A stretch of DNA of 63,450 nucleotides, counting the filler, from Licmophora abbreviata (taxonomy: Eukaryota): NCBI GenBank assembly GCA_900291995.1. It is 17 parts of 17 records of this genome, joined end to end, with 100 filler letters (N's around TTAATTAATTAA, not from the genome) between each part and the next. Parts side by side here need not be neighbours in the genome. Positions count along the whole stretch, not along the records: positions 1 to 7,947 come from OLMU01003902.1; positions 8,048 to 15,735 come from OLMU01003904.1; 15 more parts are not named here. One strand, written 5' to 3'. Below the pieces are notes generated by a model. The model was not told the origin of the DNA and searched no databases. It worked only from the letters and a program-made list of their open reading frames with translations. The translations under genes were made by a program, and so were the position numbers. How positions within the stretch are numbered: position 1 is the stretch's first letter; each line of letters opens with the position of its first letter. Shown here piece after piece: positions 1 through 11,843 of the stretch.

Positions 1-320
1 TCTTCCTGTTCTCCTTCAAACTTCGCGATTGTTTGGTCATCCGCCTTCTTTTCCTTCTTCATCTTTTTGATCTCTTGGTCATCCGCCTTCTTTTCCTTCT
101 TCATCTTTTTGATCTCTTGGTTCATCTTTTTGATCTCTTGGTCTTTCGCCTTCATTTCCTTCTCCCACTTCTCCTCTTTCTCTTTAAACTTCGCCATCAT
201 TTCCTTCTTCCATCTCTCCTGTTTCTCTTCAAACTTCGCCATCATTTCCTTCTCCCACCTCTCCTGTTTCTCTTCAACTTTCGCGATCATTTGGTCTTTC
301 GCCTTCATTTCCTTCTCCTG
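1..320. repeat. Imperfect tandem repeats of ~42-bp (14-codon) units in the coiled-coil gene
   Basis: ttggtcatccgccttcttttccttcttcatctttttgatctc occurs twice and ctcctgtttctcttcaaacttcgccatcatttccttc-like units about three times. Confidence 0.85.
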
Positions 321-365
321 CGACTCATCCTTTTCCTTCTCCCACGCTTCGTTTGTGCTTGTCAT
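1..365 (-). CDS. Lys/Glu-rich repetitive coiled-coil protein, 3' end runs off the window
   Basis: Minus strand open from ATG at 365: MTSTNEAWEKEKDESQEKEMKAKDQMIAKVEEKQERWEKEMMAKFEEKQERWKKEMMAKFKEKEEKWEKEMKAKDQEIKKM... It is not in the ORF track because no stop lies inside the window. The + strand Leu/Phe-rich ORFs are its antisense shadow. Confidence 0.65.
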   Translation of the reverse strand, partial: MTSTNEAWEKEKDESQEKEMKAKDQMIAKVEEKQERWEKEMMAKFEEKQERWKKEMMAKFKEKEEKWEKEMKAKDQEIKKMNQEIKKMKKEKKADDQEIKKMKKEKKADDQTIAKFEGEQE

Positions 366-860
366 CGGATTCGATCGAGTGATAGGGCTTCGCCGACAGA
401 ATGTCGCCTTCGGAGCACTGATTGCAGCTATGAATTTTTGATGGAACAACGGGTCGCTGAGAAAGAGCACCAGTCTAAGCAAGGCTAACGCTCTATACCT
501 CTATACCTCTCTCTGGAAGCACGCTGTGTGCTGATCGTCTGTTCCGTCTCCATCAGCGCCTTTCGAGTCGCATGGCCCCTCAAACTAAATTAAAAATCGG
601 TTCGATGCGCACTGCAGCTCAGCGGACGCCTAGCAGACTGTCGCGCGCTCCATGTTGTTCGTAAGAAGATTGATAGGTTCGGAGCATTCAAAATGAACAA
701 ATACACAAGGTTGAGCTTGCTGAGATTCCGAATGCCATCACAATGTCGGATGAATCAATCCGTTGTCATTGGTCATTGTGAATGGTTTGCCCCCAAGCAT
801 CCATGATGCTATCATCAATCCCAACACTCTTATCGTTTCGTTGTTGTTGTTTCGGAACGC

Positions 861-2306
861 ATGAAGCTCTTGAAGCTCGGTTCCAGCCTACTGGGACTCT
901 TTCTGATGGTAGTTTTGGTCATTGAAGTACACTATGCGCCTCCATCGAGCCCAGGCGGCGCACCGTCGTCCCCAATGCAATCCATCATGTCGATGACGAC
1001 GGCGCAGGGTGGCTCGGCGTTTCATCGCGAATCATCTCGAACGACGGAATCAACTAGTGATTCTCATTTTGTTCAAACGAGAGTGAAGGATGTTGTAATT
1101 TCAAGAAGGCTTGGACATCAAATTATGGACAAGTCTGCTGCCTTGGCGCATCAGACGACACCCGGACGTAACAGCACGAAGACTTCTGCGACCTCTTCAA
1201 GAACCAGTCCGCCGTCCCGCCATCATAATGGCAAGCCTAAAAGCCACGATGAACAAGAGAACCTCTACTGGAATCTGACCTGTCCCCTCGAGATGTCGAT
1301 ATTCTCCGGCAGTCATATGGGTGGCGAATTTTTGAGGCGCGCCGAAGAGGCGCGACGGCTCGTCATGGACCACCATGTGGTTTCCCAGATTCAGTCGCAT
1401 CTAGCATCGTGGTCCTCGCGACGTATTGTCTTTGTCGGAGATTCCTTACTGAGACAAGTATTCATATCTCTAACATGTCTACTACTTTCCTCCTCCGACC
1501 GGAATCGTACCATACAAGGCTACGCTGTACCATGGTTCGAGACGGGCCATAGTCGGGCGCCTCATCCACACACGGTACAGCGAGGACGGCATTCCAAGTT
1601 CCAAGAGGCTCGCGTCTTGTTGCAGAATGAAGCAGAACTGATTTATCACCATGGAATTGGAAAGTTACTAGAGCTGGGGCAGGACTATACGTCGCATGAA
1701 ACAAACGATTGGTTGGATGCCTGCAGCAACAACGAGCCGCTGTCAACCAACGTAATGGAGATTCCTCGTTCTCATCGAGGCGAGTACGAAACGAACGATG
1801 AAAGTGCGAAGCGAGAACGGATACACCTGAATCGGAACGATATCGTGATACTCAATGGATCGGTGCACGGCAAACGCGACTCGAATATTGCAAACATTGC
1901 AGCGCTGCTGGACTGTATCAAGTTCGTCAAGGGACCACGCGACGGGTGGCCGACGTTTGCTTATCTCGTGACTGGGACCGAACACTTTCCCACTCCCGAT
2001 GGTAAGTTTGATGAGCAGTTGCTAGCAACAAACGCAACGTATCAGTGTCGACCAGACGCCCCACGACACGAACTGCAAGACCAGGATGCTGCCGAGTTTC
2101 GGTCTCGTACGACTCTGCTGGGACAAGACGTCGTGGAACACGTGTCTCGCAATAACGCTGGCAACTTACACGTCGGCGGCAAGGACTGTCTACACTGGAT
2201 GCAGCCGGGAATTCCCGATCTCCTGGCGGCCAATGTATCGGCGTTCGTAGCCTCGCTTTCCTCATCACTGGACCAGCGATTAGCCATGGCACGGAGTCTG
2301 TTCTAA
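861..2306 (+). CDS. SGNH / PC-esterase (trichome-birefringence-like) O-acyltransferase or esterase, type II membrane protein
   Basis: N-terminal signal anchor, Ser/Thr-rich stem, IVFVGDSLLRQ (GDS motif) and KDCLHWMQPGIPD (DxxH motif of the TBL/PC-esterase family). Confidence 0.8.
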   Translation: MKLLKLGSSLLGLFLMVVLVIEVHYAPPSSPGGAPSSPMQSIMSMTTAQGGSAFHRESSRTTESTSDSHFVQTRVKDVVISRRLGHQIMDKSAALAHQTTPGRNSTKTSATSSRTSPPSRHHNGKPKSHDEQENLYWNLTCPLEMSIFSGSHMGGEFLRRAEEARRLVMDHHVVSQIQSHLASWSSRRIVFVGDSLLRQVFISLTCLLLSSSDRNRTIQGYAVPWFETGHSRAPHPHTVQRGRHSKFQEARVLLQNEAELIYHHGIGKLLELGQDYTSHETNDWLDACSNNEPLSTNVMEIPRSHRGEYETNDESAKRERIHLNRNDIVILNGSVHGKRDSNIANIAALLDCIKFVKGPRDGWPTFAYLVTGTEHFPTPDGKFDEQLLATNATYQCRPDAPRHELQDQDAAEFRSRTTLLGQDVVEHVSRNNAGNLHVGGKDCLHWMQPGIPDLLAANVSAFVASLSSSLDQRLAMARSLF

Positions 2307-2412
2307 AATCAGTGGCACCACATATCACTATTCTTGAAAACTGAGACTTCGTCTACGATGCTTGTAAATCTACCATGGCTATATAACCCTTTGCTCGACA
2401 TGCATCATTCAT

Positions 2413-4120
2413 TTACTTGAGCTGCTCCTGGAGCATGGGCGTCAGGTACTCGGCAACCTTCAGTGTTTCGACGGCAATACCAATCGTGGCAATGCCATCT
2501 GCCGGCGATCCGTCGACCGTATGCTTGGCAACACGTTCCTTGACGGTAATGTAGTCCGGATCTTGGGTAAAGAAATAAGGCATGGCTGTCGGGTATTTGG
2601 CTTCCAGTTCCTTCACATGGGCCTTGTCATCATCGTCGGGCATGTAGTAACGGAAGACTTCCTTACCGTCCTTGTCCGCAACAGTGGCATACGAGTCGGT
2701 TCCTCCACAACGATCGGCCGCGACCGAGACTTCACTTCCCGTCTTGGTCTTGATGGTGAACTTGATCTTGTCAAAGTCCGTAAAGTCCTTTCCAGAAGGT
2801 CCCTTGAGCGTCTGCATCGAGCTGAAGTCCTTGTCTGCTGTGACGCTTTCAATATTATCAACCGAGACATCGTAGAACGAGACCAGCAGAGCCAATTCGT
2901 GGATGGCCATGTTCTTGAGCATACCCTCGGCGTTACGCTCAAAGCACTCTCCCAGCGATTCGGGGGTGTTTTCGTACGCATTGTTGGAGACAAAAGTGAC
3001 ATGAGATCCCGGAAGGTCAGCCGCAAACTCGCGCGTCTTTCGGACATACTTGCAGACATTCTTATTGTAGCCCATCTGTGTGTGTGCAAGCGTGGTGGAA
3101 GCGGGAACAGAAAGAAAAAGGGATGTGAGCACACTACAGTGTCGAGCTTCTCGTTTCCTCTGGATTGTGAGGCAACTTTCTCGTAGTTACAATTCGTACG
3201 CACCAAGACTTCGACTCCCGCATCCTCCGCTTCCTTCTTCATTTGTTCCAATTCCGTCACAGTGGGCGCCCCCGGCTTTTCCAAGTAAATGCACGAGGCT
3301 CCCCTGGCAATGGACTCTGTGAGAAGATGCGGATTGTCGGCCGTGCGTCCACTAATGAGAGCAAGTCGGGGTGCTTCCGGGGGAGGAAGGTCGCCCAGGG
3401 AGGTGGCGAACTTGACGCCGTACTCGGCCTCCGCATCGGCCTTCCACTCCGCAAACTCGACTCCCGGAGGGGACTCGGCGCCGCCTCCCAAGAACCAGGG
3501 TTCGACAATGTAATCCAAAGAGGCGCTGGGACATCTGTTCCATACAAAGAGAGGGCGAGAGTTATTAGCAAAAGAGCATACTGTAGAGTGTATCCATCCC
3601 TCTAGATTGATTCGAAACACAAAAACATGGAACAGTTCAAAATCACGAGCTTTCCAAAACGATAAACATTCTCAAATTTGATCTCAAGCGTAGAATCCCC
3701 GGTATCACCTAACGTAGCACCACAAATGATAAAAATGAACGAGTTCGCAAAATCCCGAGTTCCGGCATCTCGACTCATGGGCGAAACAAGGGAACGTAAA
3801 AGTGGAAGCGTATCTTTCGTTGCTACCTGGTAGATCTCTCTCCGTGACGTTCTACCCCCTGTCCTCGCTACTTACTTCTTTTCGAGCATCTGAATGGCAT
3901 GATACCACCCCATACCACGGTTGGGAGCTCCGCATCCGACCAGCACGACTTCGGCTTGTCCATCTGCCGCACACATGGAGAGCGTAGGACGAATCGCTCC
4001 ACTCGTCATGCTACGACGAGCACTAGCGACAAAGGCCGAACGAGATGCAAAGGCAGCCGTGCGGCCAGCAAGGAGTGAAAAGGTCATGGCGGCGAGTGCA
4101 GTGGTTGAAGATCTGGACAT
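2413..4120 (-). CDS. Gfo/Idh/MocA-like NAD(P)-dependent oxidoreductase with organellar presequence; 3 exons (4120-3876, 3534-3204, 3075-2413)
   Basis: Rossmann-like VVLVGCGAPNRGMGWYH, IYLEKPG motif, MGYNK and MAIHEL. GT..AG junctions restore one frame. N-terminus MSRSSTTALAAMTFSLLAGRTAAFAS. Confidence 0.8.
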
Positions 4121-4923
4121 TGTGTCAAACGAGACGGGGGTTAGTTGAAGTCTACTGGATTGGGCGGGCAACGTGCGTAAGCGAGCTCCAAGTGGATTTG
4201 ATTTTGTGTGGGATTCTCTCGTGCTCTCGAGGATTGCGAACTGAAAAATGCGAACTCCAGCCGTGTAGAACGTGTACTGAGAAACACGTAGAAAATAGCC
4301 TACCGGCACCAGCTGCAAAGAACACAAGAAAGACACCGATCTTCGAGAAGTGCAGGATGCCAAAGTTGTGACCTTGGTTTTGCTTCCCGAAGCGAGGCAT
4401 TTGTTCTTCAACTGTTCTCTTGGTCTTCCGACGGAGCACTGGAGTGACTGCAGCCCCATGCCCCATCGTACTCCAGCGGTTATTCTGATACGGTAGGATG
4501 CCGGCAGTTCTGCACTGCCATCACGCAAAGAATGAGCCACGCAGAAACAGAACACCACTGGATGATTCTCGGCACGACGCATGCCGCATGCTTCACTGAC
4601 GGCTTTCTTTACTACTCAAATTTAAAAAGGATTGACAAAAATCAATCGCCGCAACAATCCACCACACATAACGCCACGGCATTCGAACATTCTTGCACAA
4701 CAGGCCACGCGTCTCCAATCCAATTCTGATTCTCAGGAGACAAGACTTCACATCAAGCCTGTCTTTTGTTCCAGAAGTCCGTCATCATGAAAACATGCAG
4801 ACATTGTCTAGATTCTACGTCTTAGTTATACTACAGTACGGTACTCTATGGTTTCCTTTCATGACTCTAGTACTGCCCCCTCCTACCTAGAGTGTTTTCC
4901 TACCTAGAGAGTCATAACTGCAG

Positions 4924-5706
4924 TCACCACTTGAATATCTTCAACACATCCAGTTGTCCAATCAAGCTGTCCGGCGACAGACGCGGTCCCATATCTTGGA
5001 GCAAAAGCCGATGAAATCCAGCATCGGGATATTTTGTATAGGCCACTTGTAAGAGTGAGGATGGCATGCCGAATCGTACGAGACCGACTGTAAAGTCCGC
5101 CCAATCAGCCTTGCGTACAGCATTAATCACAAGGAGTGCAGTCTTATCACCAGAGAAGGAGTAGGCATCATCCGAATAGGATGTCAGCTTGTGATGTTGT
5201 AGTATAATCTCACGAGCTATCGCTAGTTGCTTCTCGTCATTGTCGAGGAGTATAGGATCTTCCTTGAAGTACTTTTCCAATTGCGCCACGGAGGGATCTA
5301 GATAGGCCAAACTGCGATCACTCCATAGGGCAATATCATGATAGGCAACAGCAACTGCCGCCACGCTCATCAGATACGATAGGGTCGAGTTCTTCTCTGT
5401 GTCGTCGTACAAGGCTTCACTCAAAAAGAAGAATCGAGTATAGATCAAAACTCGTAAACAATGATTGCGGTAGGGAACCAAGTCGTCTCCCAAGTCACTC
5501 TCGAAACGTTTCAATTCACGGTCGAGCAATTCCACGTCTTGAGAAAAAGTGAGCCAATGCTGTGGTTGCCCATGATTTTGATGCTGTTCGAAATCGGCTT
5601 CATCCTCCCCGCCAGTGATGCCAAACCACAGGGGATTATTGGAAATGACAAAGAGCATGACCAAGATCGAAAGGAGAGCTACAAGGACAGGAGTACTTGA
5701 GAACAT
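4924..5706 (-). CDS. HD-domain metal-dependent phosphohydrolase-like protein with N-terminal signal/anchor
   Basis: Motifs YRNHCLRV, AYHDIALW, QHHKLT and RKADWAD match the H...HD...HH...D layout. Hydrophobic N-terminus, intronless. Confidence 0.7.
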   Translation of the reverse strand: MFSSTPVLVALLSILVMLFVISNNPLWFGITGGEDEADFEQHQNHGQPQHWLTFSQDVELLDRELKRFESDLGDDLVPYRNHCLRVLIYTRFFFLSEALYDDTEKNSTLSYLMSVAAVAVAYHDIALWSDRSLAYLDPSVAQLEKYFKEDPILLDNDEKQLAIAREIILQHHKLTSYSDDAYSFSGDKTALLVINAVRKADWADFTVGLVRFGMPSSLLQVAYTKYPDAGFHRLLLQDMGPRLSPDSLIGQLDVLKIFKW

Positions 5707-6283
5707 GATGATGCAAGAGTGATGGTAGTGGGATCAAGAGACAAAGAAGGAAAAACAGTCTGTGTGCTCGCGGTAGACTATGGCGACGTCGTGTCGTTTG
5801 TGGATGCTATGATAGTCTTTGTATGATACGGCCAACATCATCCTCATGGTCGGCACGGAGGAATTCGAAAGATCCTGCGAGAGGGAAAAAAGCGAAGAAA
5901 GATCGAATCGCGAGCTATCCCAGTCGAGCTCGCATCCACGAGCTCCAAGACTGACGAGCTCTCATCGTCAGCACTGTTGGCGCGCAAAACATCACACTCC
6001 AAAAAGCAAAACACGTCATCGCCGCCATTTCAGTTCGTCTGCCTACTTTAGGAAATGGAGCCTCCGCCTTTCTCCTGCTGATGAACTAATTGCTGTGTTG
6101 GTAAGTGCGTGTTACATTATTTACGATAGTGCATCGACCTGTTCCCGTCACATCGGACATAATACATCTTCATTGGTAACCTTGCACTTGCATTCACACA
6201 ACGCTACTACTCTCTCTCTTTCTTTGTGATTGTCAGTCAACAAAATAAAACGCAAAACTGAAATCTCTTTCGTGTTCCATACG

Positions 6284-6904
6284 ATGTCGCGAATTCTTCT
6301 TTCGATATCTTGCTCCCTGGCACTGCTGAGCTCCTGCTCTGCCTTTGTGGTTCAACCAAAATCCACTAGCACTACCACCGCCCTTCACATGGGTCTCTTT
6401 GACGGTGTCAAGGACGCCTTCAGTGCCCCGGCCCTCGAACGATCTGTCATTGACTCGGAACGAGAAACTCCCATCGATCGATGGTTCGGATGGTCGGTCG
6501 TGAGCGACGAGCAGCAAGCATCGGCGATGACGGCGACACCAGCAAACTTTATCGACAGCATGGACGCGACGAACTATGCCGCTGTGTCCTTGTCCAAACC
6601 CATGGGAATTGTCTTTGAGGAGAATGAAGAAGAATTTGGTGGCATCTTTGTGCAGTCCCTCAAGGAGGGTGGAGCTGCTGCTGAAACTTCAAACGTATCA
6701 CCGGGTGATCAGCTGGTCATGGTGAGCAGTGACAATGTGGCGGGATTGTCCTTTGACGATGCCTTGGGTAAGATTGTGGAATGCGACGATGACAGGGTCA
6801 AGTTGGTCTTCTTTCGAGGCAACGCGGAGCAATTGTATGGACCAACGGGAGCGAGTAAGGAGTGGCTTGTGGACTTTTGCGCCAAGGGTGGGGTCCAAGT
6901 ATAG
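6284..6904 (+). CDS. Plastid-targeted PDZ-domain protein
   Basis: Signal peptide ending CSA|FVV plus transit peptide. PDZ-like LSKPMGIVFEE...GAAAETSNVSPGDQLV...VAGLSFDDAL. Confidence 0.8.
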   Translation: MSRILLSISCSLALLSSCSAFVVQPKSTSTTTALHMGLFDGVKDAFSAPALERSVIDSERETPIDRWFGWSVVSDEQQASAMTATPANFIDSMDATNYAAVSLSKPMGIVFEENEEEFGGIFVQSLKEGGAAAETSNVSPGDQLVMVSSDNVAGLSFDDALGKIVECDDDRVKLVFFRGNAEQLYGPTGASKEWLVDFCAKGGVQV

Positions 6905-7209
6905 AGAGTGGGCCAAAGGCAGACAGATGGATGGTGGCTTGATGATTTCAAAGTGAATGGAATCGAATCAAGAACAGTACGAAATACAAGTACAACAACA
7001 ATAGTAGCTATACCGAGTTCTATGTAGTACGCGTATTTCAACCAAAACAACTTTTTTGGATAAGACAATCTCCTACGCGTCACCCACCTCTAGGAGTCAG
7101 TCTACTAGCTAGCTAGTGCGCGATCCTAGTAGATACCAACGGCACATACAACCGAACATGTCTCTATTAGGTATTATTTTTCTCGTGTTTCCATCTCTCG
7201 TAGCCGCTG

Positions 7210-8538
7210 CTATCTATGTTTGTAGTCTCTCTTGTCCTTGTTGCTATCAAGCACAGACGGAAGCGCCTGCATCATCAAGATGCCCCCCATCCCAAACAGT
7301 CCTGCGAGAAGCGTCCAGGCAGACACCCACCCGAACGACGGCACCATGCGAGATGTCGTCGCCCACACGGGTGCCGCCAGTAAGAATCCCATGCCATCCA
7401 AAAAGGAAATGCAGACAGCCTTGTTCTTTCCAAAGCGTTCTCCCAGGATCGAGGGGACTTGGAAATACTGGAAGGACAGAGAGGATGCCATGCTGCCTGA
7501 TAAGAGTGCCACTAGTAGTGACATGAGCATCGTGGAGGGAATCATGGCGGAGCCGTAGTGTGCCAGCCCCGCAAGCCCCACAGCCGACGCTACGGCAGTG
7601 GCATAACACTTGGACAGAAACTTGGACTTGTGCTTGTCATCCTTGTCAATGGCAAAATTGCGTTCGCCTCGAATGAGTCCATGAATGAGTCCCAGAGTAA
7701 CGGACAGCGTAAGACCTCCGCAGATAGATTCTGTAAAACGACACAATATACATGTGTTAGTTTGTGTGTGTCATTCTTCCATTTTCCCGTCACACACTAG
7801 AGTATCACTTACGAGGAAACGCCGTAGAATGATGAAAGAAGGCACCCAAAATACGATCCGACGATCGCGCAAGATAGGCCACCGCATGGGCCAACCCCAC
7901 CATCCAAAAGATGGGACGTCCCAAGACATCGCGCAGCGATGCCAGGANNNNNNNNNNNNNNNNNNNNNNNNNNNNNNNNNNNNNNNNNNNNTTAATTAAT
8001 TAANNNNNNNNNNNNNNNNNNNNNNNNNNNNNNNNNNNNNNNNNNNNACGGAAGCGGGCGGGGAAATAGCAATCGGGCGTCCCGGCAACGGCATGAAAAG
8101 TGTGGATGATGCATCGACAGCTGCGTAGTATCGTTCCGTGGAATGGAGACGCTTGCTCTTGTTGTTATTGCTGCTGCTGTTCTTGTTGCGACTGACCACA
8201 GCAGCTTGGCGGCGGCTCAAAGTCTTGCTGCTAATCACCATGCTAAGTGGTTTCGATGAAATCCGATGAGGACCATTCCTGACAGGAATAATGCTGTGCC
8301 CTCGTTGATGGGAAGCAGCAAACCCAGCTCGAAGAAGTGCCAATTTGGATGCAGTACTTTTGCTAGTAGTAGTAGTACGTGCTGATGCCGGCGTGGAAGA
8401 AGAAGAAGCAGAAGAAGCCACCGTACGAGGCCATGCCTGAATCGCAATTGGCATCAAGCAGCAGATCACCACGAAGAAGAAGACTCGACGATGGTGCAGT
8501 TTCTTCGCCGTGGTACTGGTCGTTGTTCTCGCCATCAT
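7210..8538 (-). CDS. Major facilitator superfamily transporter, middle lost in the spacer; intron ~7732-7811
   Basis: The C-terminal part has several TM helices (LASLRDVLGRPIFWMVG..., FQYFQVPSILGERFG, FLDGMGFLLAAP). The piece 8048-8538 has a signal/transit-like N-terminus (IAIQA|WP). Joining the two across the spacer is an inference. Confidence 0.6.
7948..8047. other. Artificial contig spacer N44-TTAATTAATTAA-N44 (first of 16)
   Basis: Identical 100-nt linker with stops in all six frames, also at 15736, 19946, 24879, 26925, 28811, 30056, 32658, 37917, 39928, 41421, 42946, 47932, 49198, 55601 and 62010. Confidence 0.98.
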
Positions 8539-9078
8539 CGAACTTACAAAATTAGGAGAACGATGGGCGAAGAACGTGAAGCAAAAGTTCCTTGGCAGAA
8601 TATAAGTCACGTCCGAATCTCGTTGATTCTATGTAGACGGATGATACAAAAACTACCGCCTGTTCCCACACGCATGACACTCTAAATTGACCTTTGAGAG
8701 CAGCCGCAACCAGAAATGGCCGCGCTGTGTATCTTTGAATTTTCAGTCCTCAACAGCAGGAGAGAGAAACGAAAAAAGAACGACGACACATGCACTTGTT
8801 TTTCTCGCGGATGACGGATGTTCTGTCAGCGATTCCATCGACGTGGTTCTCGACCTGGGCTGGCGTGCCTACTTAGCGCTCGTGAAATAAAAAGTTAACT
8901 AATTTTATGACAATCTCAATAGTGAACGTCAGAGAGTGCGTGCGTACTACGATAGCGGGTCGAAGAAGTCGCAAAGTTTGGCGCGCCACGAAGAAGGTGA
9001 GTCGAAGAAGTCGTAAGAGAACGCTTCCAAGTTTGAGTTGACTGTGCTGTGTTGACCATGCGAAACTTCGCGTGGACC

Positions 9079-9846
9079 ATGGCGTTGCCGCCCAAGCTCT
9101 CCTGTGTGCATCCAGTCTTTGGTTTAGTCTTGCTGATCTGCTTGACTCGGTTCATCACAGAGGCATTTGTCGTGGGAAGACGAGAAATCCTTAGTAAGGA
9201 TCATCATCATGGACACTCCTGTAGGATACCGCGTAGTAGTAGTAGTTCCGTCCTTGCAAGCGGTTGCCTCCTGCGTATGGGTCTGTACGATACACCACTG
9301 CCGCAGCGACAAGACGACGATGATGAAAATCTGGAAGAGGCCGCTCTCTTAGCTTCCATTCCACGCCTTTTTGATATGCAGTCGGACGGCACCGAAGCAC
9401 GAGGCTTTCTTCCAAAACTTGCTCGAAGTTTGACAAAGAGTGCCAAGGATGATACTTCTACCGGTATGGACGCATCCAATCGAAATGTGAAATTGCTGGT
9501 GGAAAAGACGAACTGTTCGACAGACGATGCTGCATGGGCGCTCGAGGCGTGTAGCGAGGACCTTGTTCGGGCTTGGGAATGCATATCGATTGCGCGAAGG
9601 ACTTTGTTGCAAGAGGCAAAGGAAGCAATGCTGTCGCAAGAAGAACAACAGCAAGAACAAGAGGATGACTGGGATGCGGATCTCTTCTCCATGATGGAGA
9701 AAACGCACGAAGAAGAAGAAGAGGAGACAAATAGTGCATTACCATCACAATCCATCATGATGGACAAGAGCAAGCCAGATCAGCAGTGGTTGCCTGGCAA
9801 ACCCAATCCGCGACCCGTCGATGACGAGCCGTGGTTCACAGGCTGA
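9079..9846 (+). CDS. Hypothetical plastid-targeted protein with a UBA-like three-helix segment
   Basis: Signal peptide ...ITEA|FVV. NVKLLVEKTNCSTDDAAWALEACSEDLVRA resembles NAC-alpha/EF-Ts UBA-like domains. Acidic tail ending EPWFTG. Confidence 0.65.
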   Translation: MALPPKLSCVHPVFGLVLLICLTRFITEAFVVGRREILSKDHHHGHSCRIPRSSSSSVLASGCLLRMGLYDTPLPQRQDDDDENLEEAALLASIPRLFDMQSDGTEARGFLPKLARSLTKSAKDDTSTGMDASNRNVKLLVEKTNCSTDDAAWALEACSEDLVRAWECISIARRTLLQEAKEAMLSQEEQQQEQEDDWDADLFSMMEKTHEEEEEETNSALPSQSIMMDKSKPDQQWLPGKPNPRPVDDEPWFTG

Positions 9847-10061
9847 TGATGATGGTTACAGTACTACTACGAGTATATTGAACCTTTGTGTCGTAACATA
9901 TAGTGTAGAATCAATCAACGTCCCTGGCTTTTCAGACTGTATCATCATTTTAAAACTATCACACTGAGTTCATAGTCACACCTCTCTCAATTGTCTTTGT
10001 CTTGCACCTCTCCAGCACTCTGTCCATTCGCGACTCCATTTTGCAAGCTGTCGTTTTCTCT

Positions 10062-11843
10062 TTACTTCTTCACTTGCGCCGCAAGCCACTCCGGAGTCAC
10101 CGACTTTGGGCGCTCCAGGGGCAATCCCAACGCTCGATCCCAGTACAACTGACAGAGTCCACCGACTGCACGGCTCACACCAAACAGAACCGTATAATAC
10201 TGAAATTGCGTAAAGCCATAATGCCACAACAAAACACCGGAATGCGAATCAACATTCGGGTACGGATTCGCCACCTTCCCATGCTCTTTCAGAATCCCAG
10301 GCATGACCTGATAAATCGTATCCACGACCTTGAACAAGGCATCGTCCGGCATGTGCTTCAATGCAAACTCTCGTTGACACGTGTACCGAGGATCCGTCTT
10401 GCGCAAGACAGCATGACCGTAGCCTGGAATGACCTTTTTCGCATTCAGCGTGTCCCACGCAAACTCGGCAATGGTCTCGGCGTTGACCTCCTTGCCTTCC
10501 GACTGGAACTTATCGTTCAAGGCCTGAATCCACTTGAGGACCTCCTGATTGGCAAGTCCATGGAGCGGACCAGCGAGGGCGTTGAGTCCGGCACTGTAGG
10601 CCAAGTAGGGGTCGGCGAGAGTACTACCGACTAGATGGGTCGTGTGAGCACTGGCATTGCCTCCTTCGTGATCGGTATGAATGCACAAGTACAAACGCAT
10701 GAGCTCATCAAAGGAGGGGTCTTCGTAGCCGAGCATGCGACAAAAGTTGGCGGAATAGTCCATGGACATGTCCTTCTTGACAACCCCGTCGTGATAGACA
10801 TTGCGATAGATCGTGGCGGCAATTTCCGGAAGTTTGGCAATGACATTGAGAATGTCTTCCAAGACCAAGTTGTGATATTCCGTCTTGGCGACGCCCTCGG
10901 AATAGGCCTTGGCAAACTGAGATTCCGTCTGACAAGCGTTGAGTCCGATCGTGAACTGCGTCATGGGATGCATGTCTTTGGGGAGCGAGTTCAAGAGGGG
11001 GAGGACATGAGCGGGCAGTTCCGAGCGGGCGTGGAGTTCCGCCGTAAGGGTGTCAACTTGTTCCTTGGTGGGTACTTCGGAGGTGAGCAAGAGCCAAAGG
11101 AGACTTTCCAGGAGGGGTTCTCCGTCCGCCTGTTTGCCCGAGTAGGTGGGAAGGACCGCCTGACACTCGGGAATGGTCAATCCACGGAAGCGAATGCCCT
11201 CCTCCGGATCGAGATTGGAGGTTTCCCAGAGCATGCACTTGACGCCACGAGCACCACCGATGCACTGATCAATCGTCACTTCTCCAATGCTGCGAAAAGA
11301 AAGGACGCGATAATATTGAGCGAGATATGAGTGAGTATGTTGACAGAAAGAGCGAGACGGACCATATGCATACTTTTTCGTGTGGTCTGCTATTTAGTAC
11401 ACACCGTGACTTACATGTGACTTCCATGTTCCTTCTTGAGCGCTCCAAGACTCTTTTGCTTTTCAGGGACTTGCGCCGCGAGCGTTTCTTGGAGCGTGGT
11501 GACGGATCGGACACTGCTGACCCCCAGCAGCAGCGGCGTACCGGCAGCAGCAGCAGAGTTCTGTGGCATAGCAGTGCAGCAGTGTTATAGTGTTAGAAAC
11601 AGAGATGTAATACAGAGAGCAGAGACAGTTCCGAATGTGTAAGTATATCGCCATCGAATGGTAGTTTTCATCAGTGTATCCGCATACACAGAGGTCACTA
11701 GTCACTACAGCATCCATCCGGCACGGAATAAAAGATATTCTAGCAATGGAGGGACCCAAATTTCGTCATCGTCTCGATTCTCCTCGCATTCGTACCTTTC
11801 GAAGAAGACTCTTCGCGGCACTGGAGGAAAGTAAACGAGCCAT
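10062..11843 (-). CDS. CS: Citrate synthase, mitochondrial; 3 exons (11843-11796, ~11560-11415, ~11290-10062)
   Basis: [38 protein letters not shown] and PNVDSHSG. Presequence [16 protein letters not shown]. Confidence 0.97.

Noticed and set aside
33..488. Plus-strand Leu/Phe-rich membrane-protein ORFs
   Set aside because: They are the antisense shadow of the Lys/Glu coiled-coil gene.
3535..3875. Long (341-nt) intron of the oxidoreductase as an ncRNA or riboswitch host
   Set aside because: Only a weak degenerate direct repeat was seen; no snoRNA boxes in order and no TPP aptamer core.
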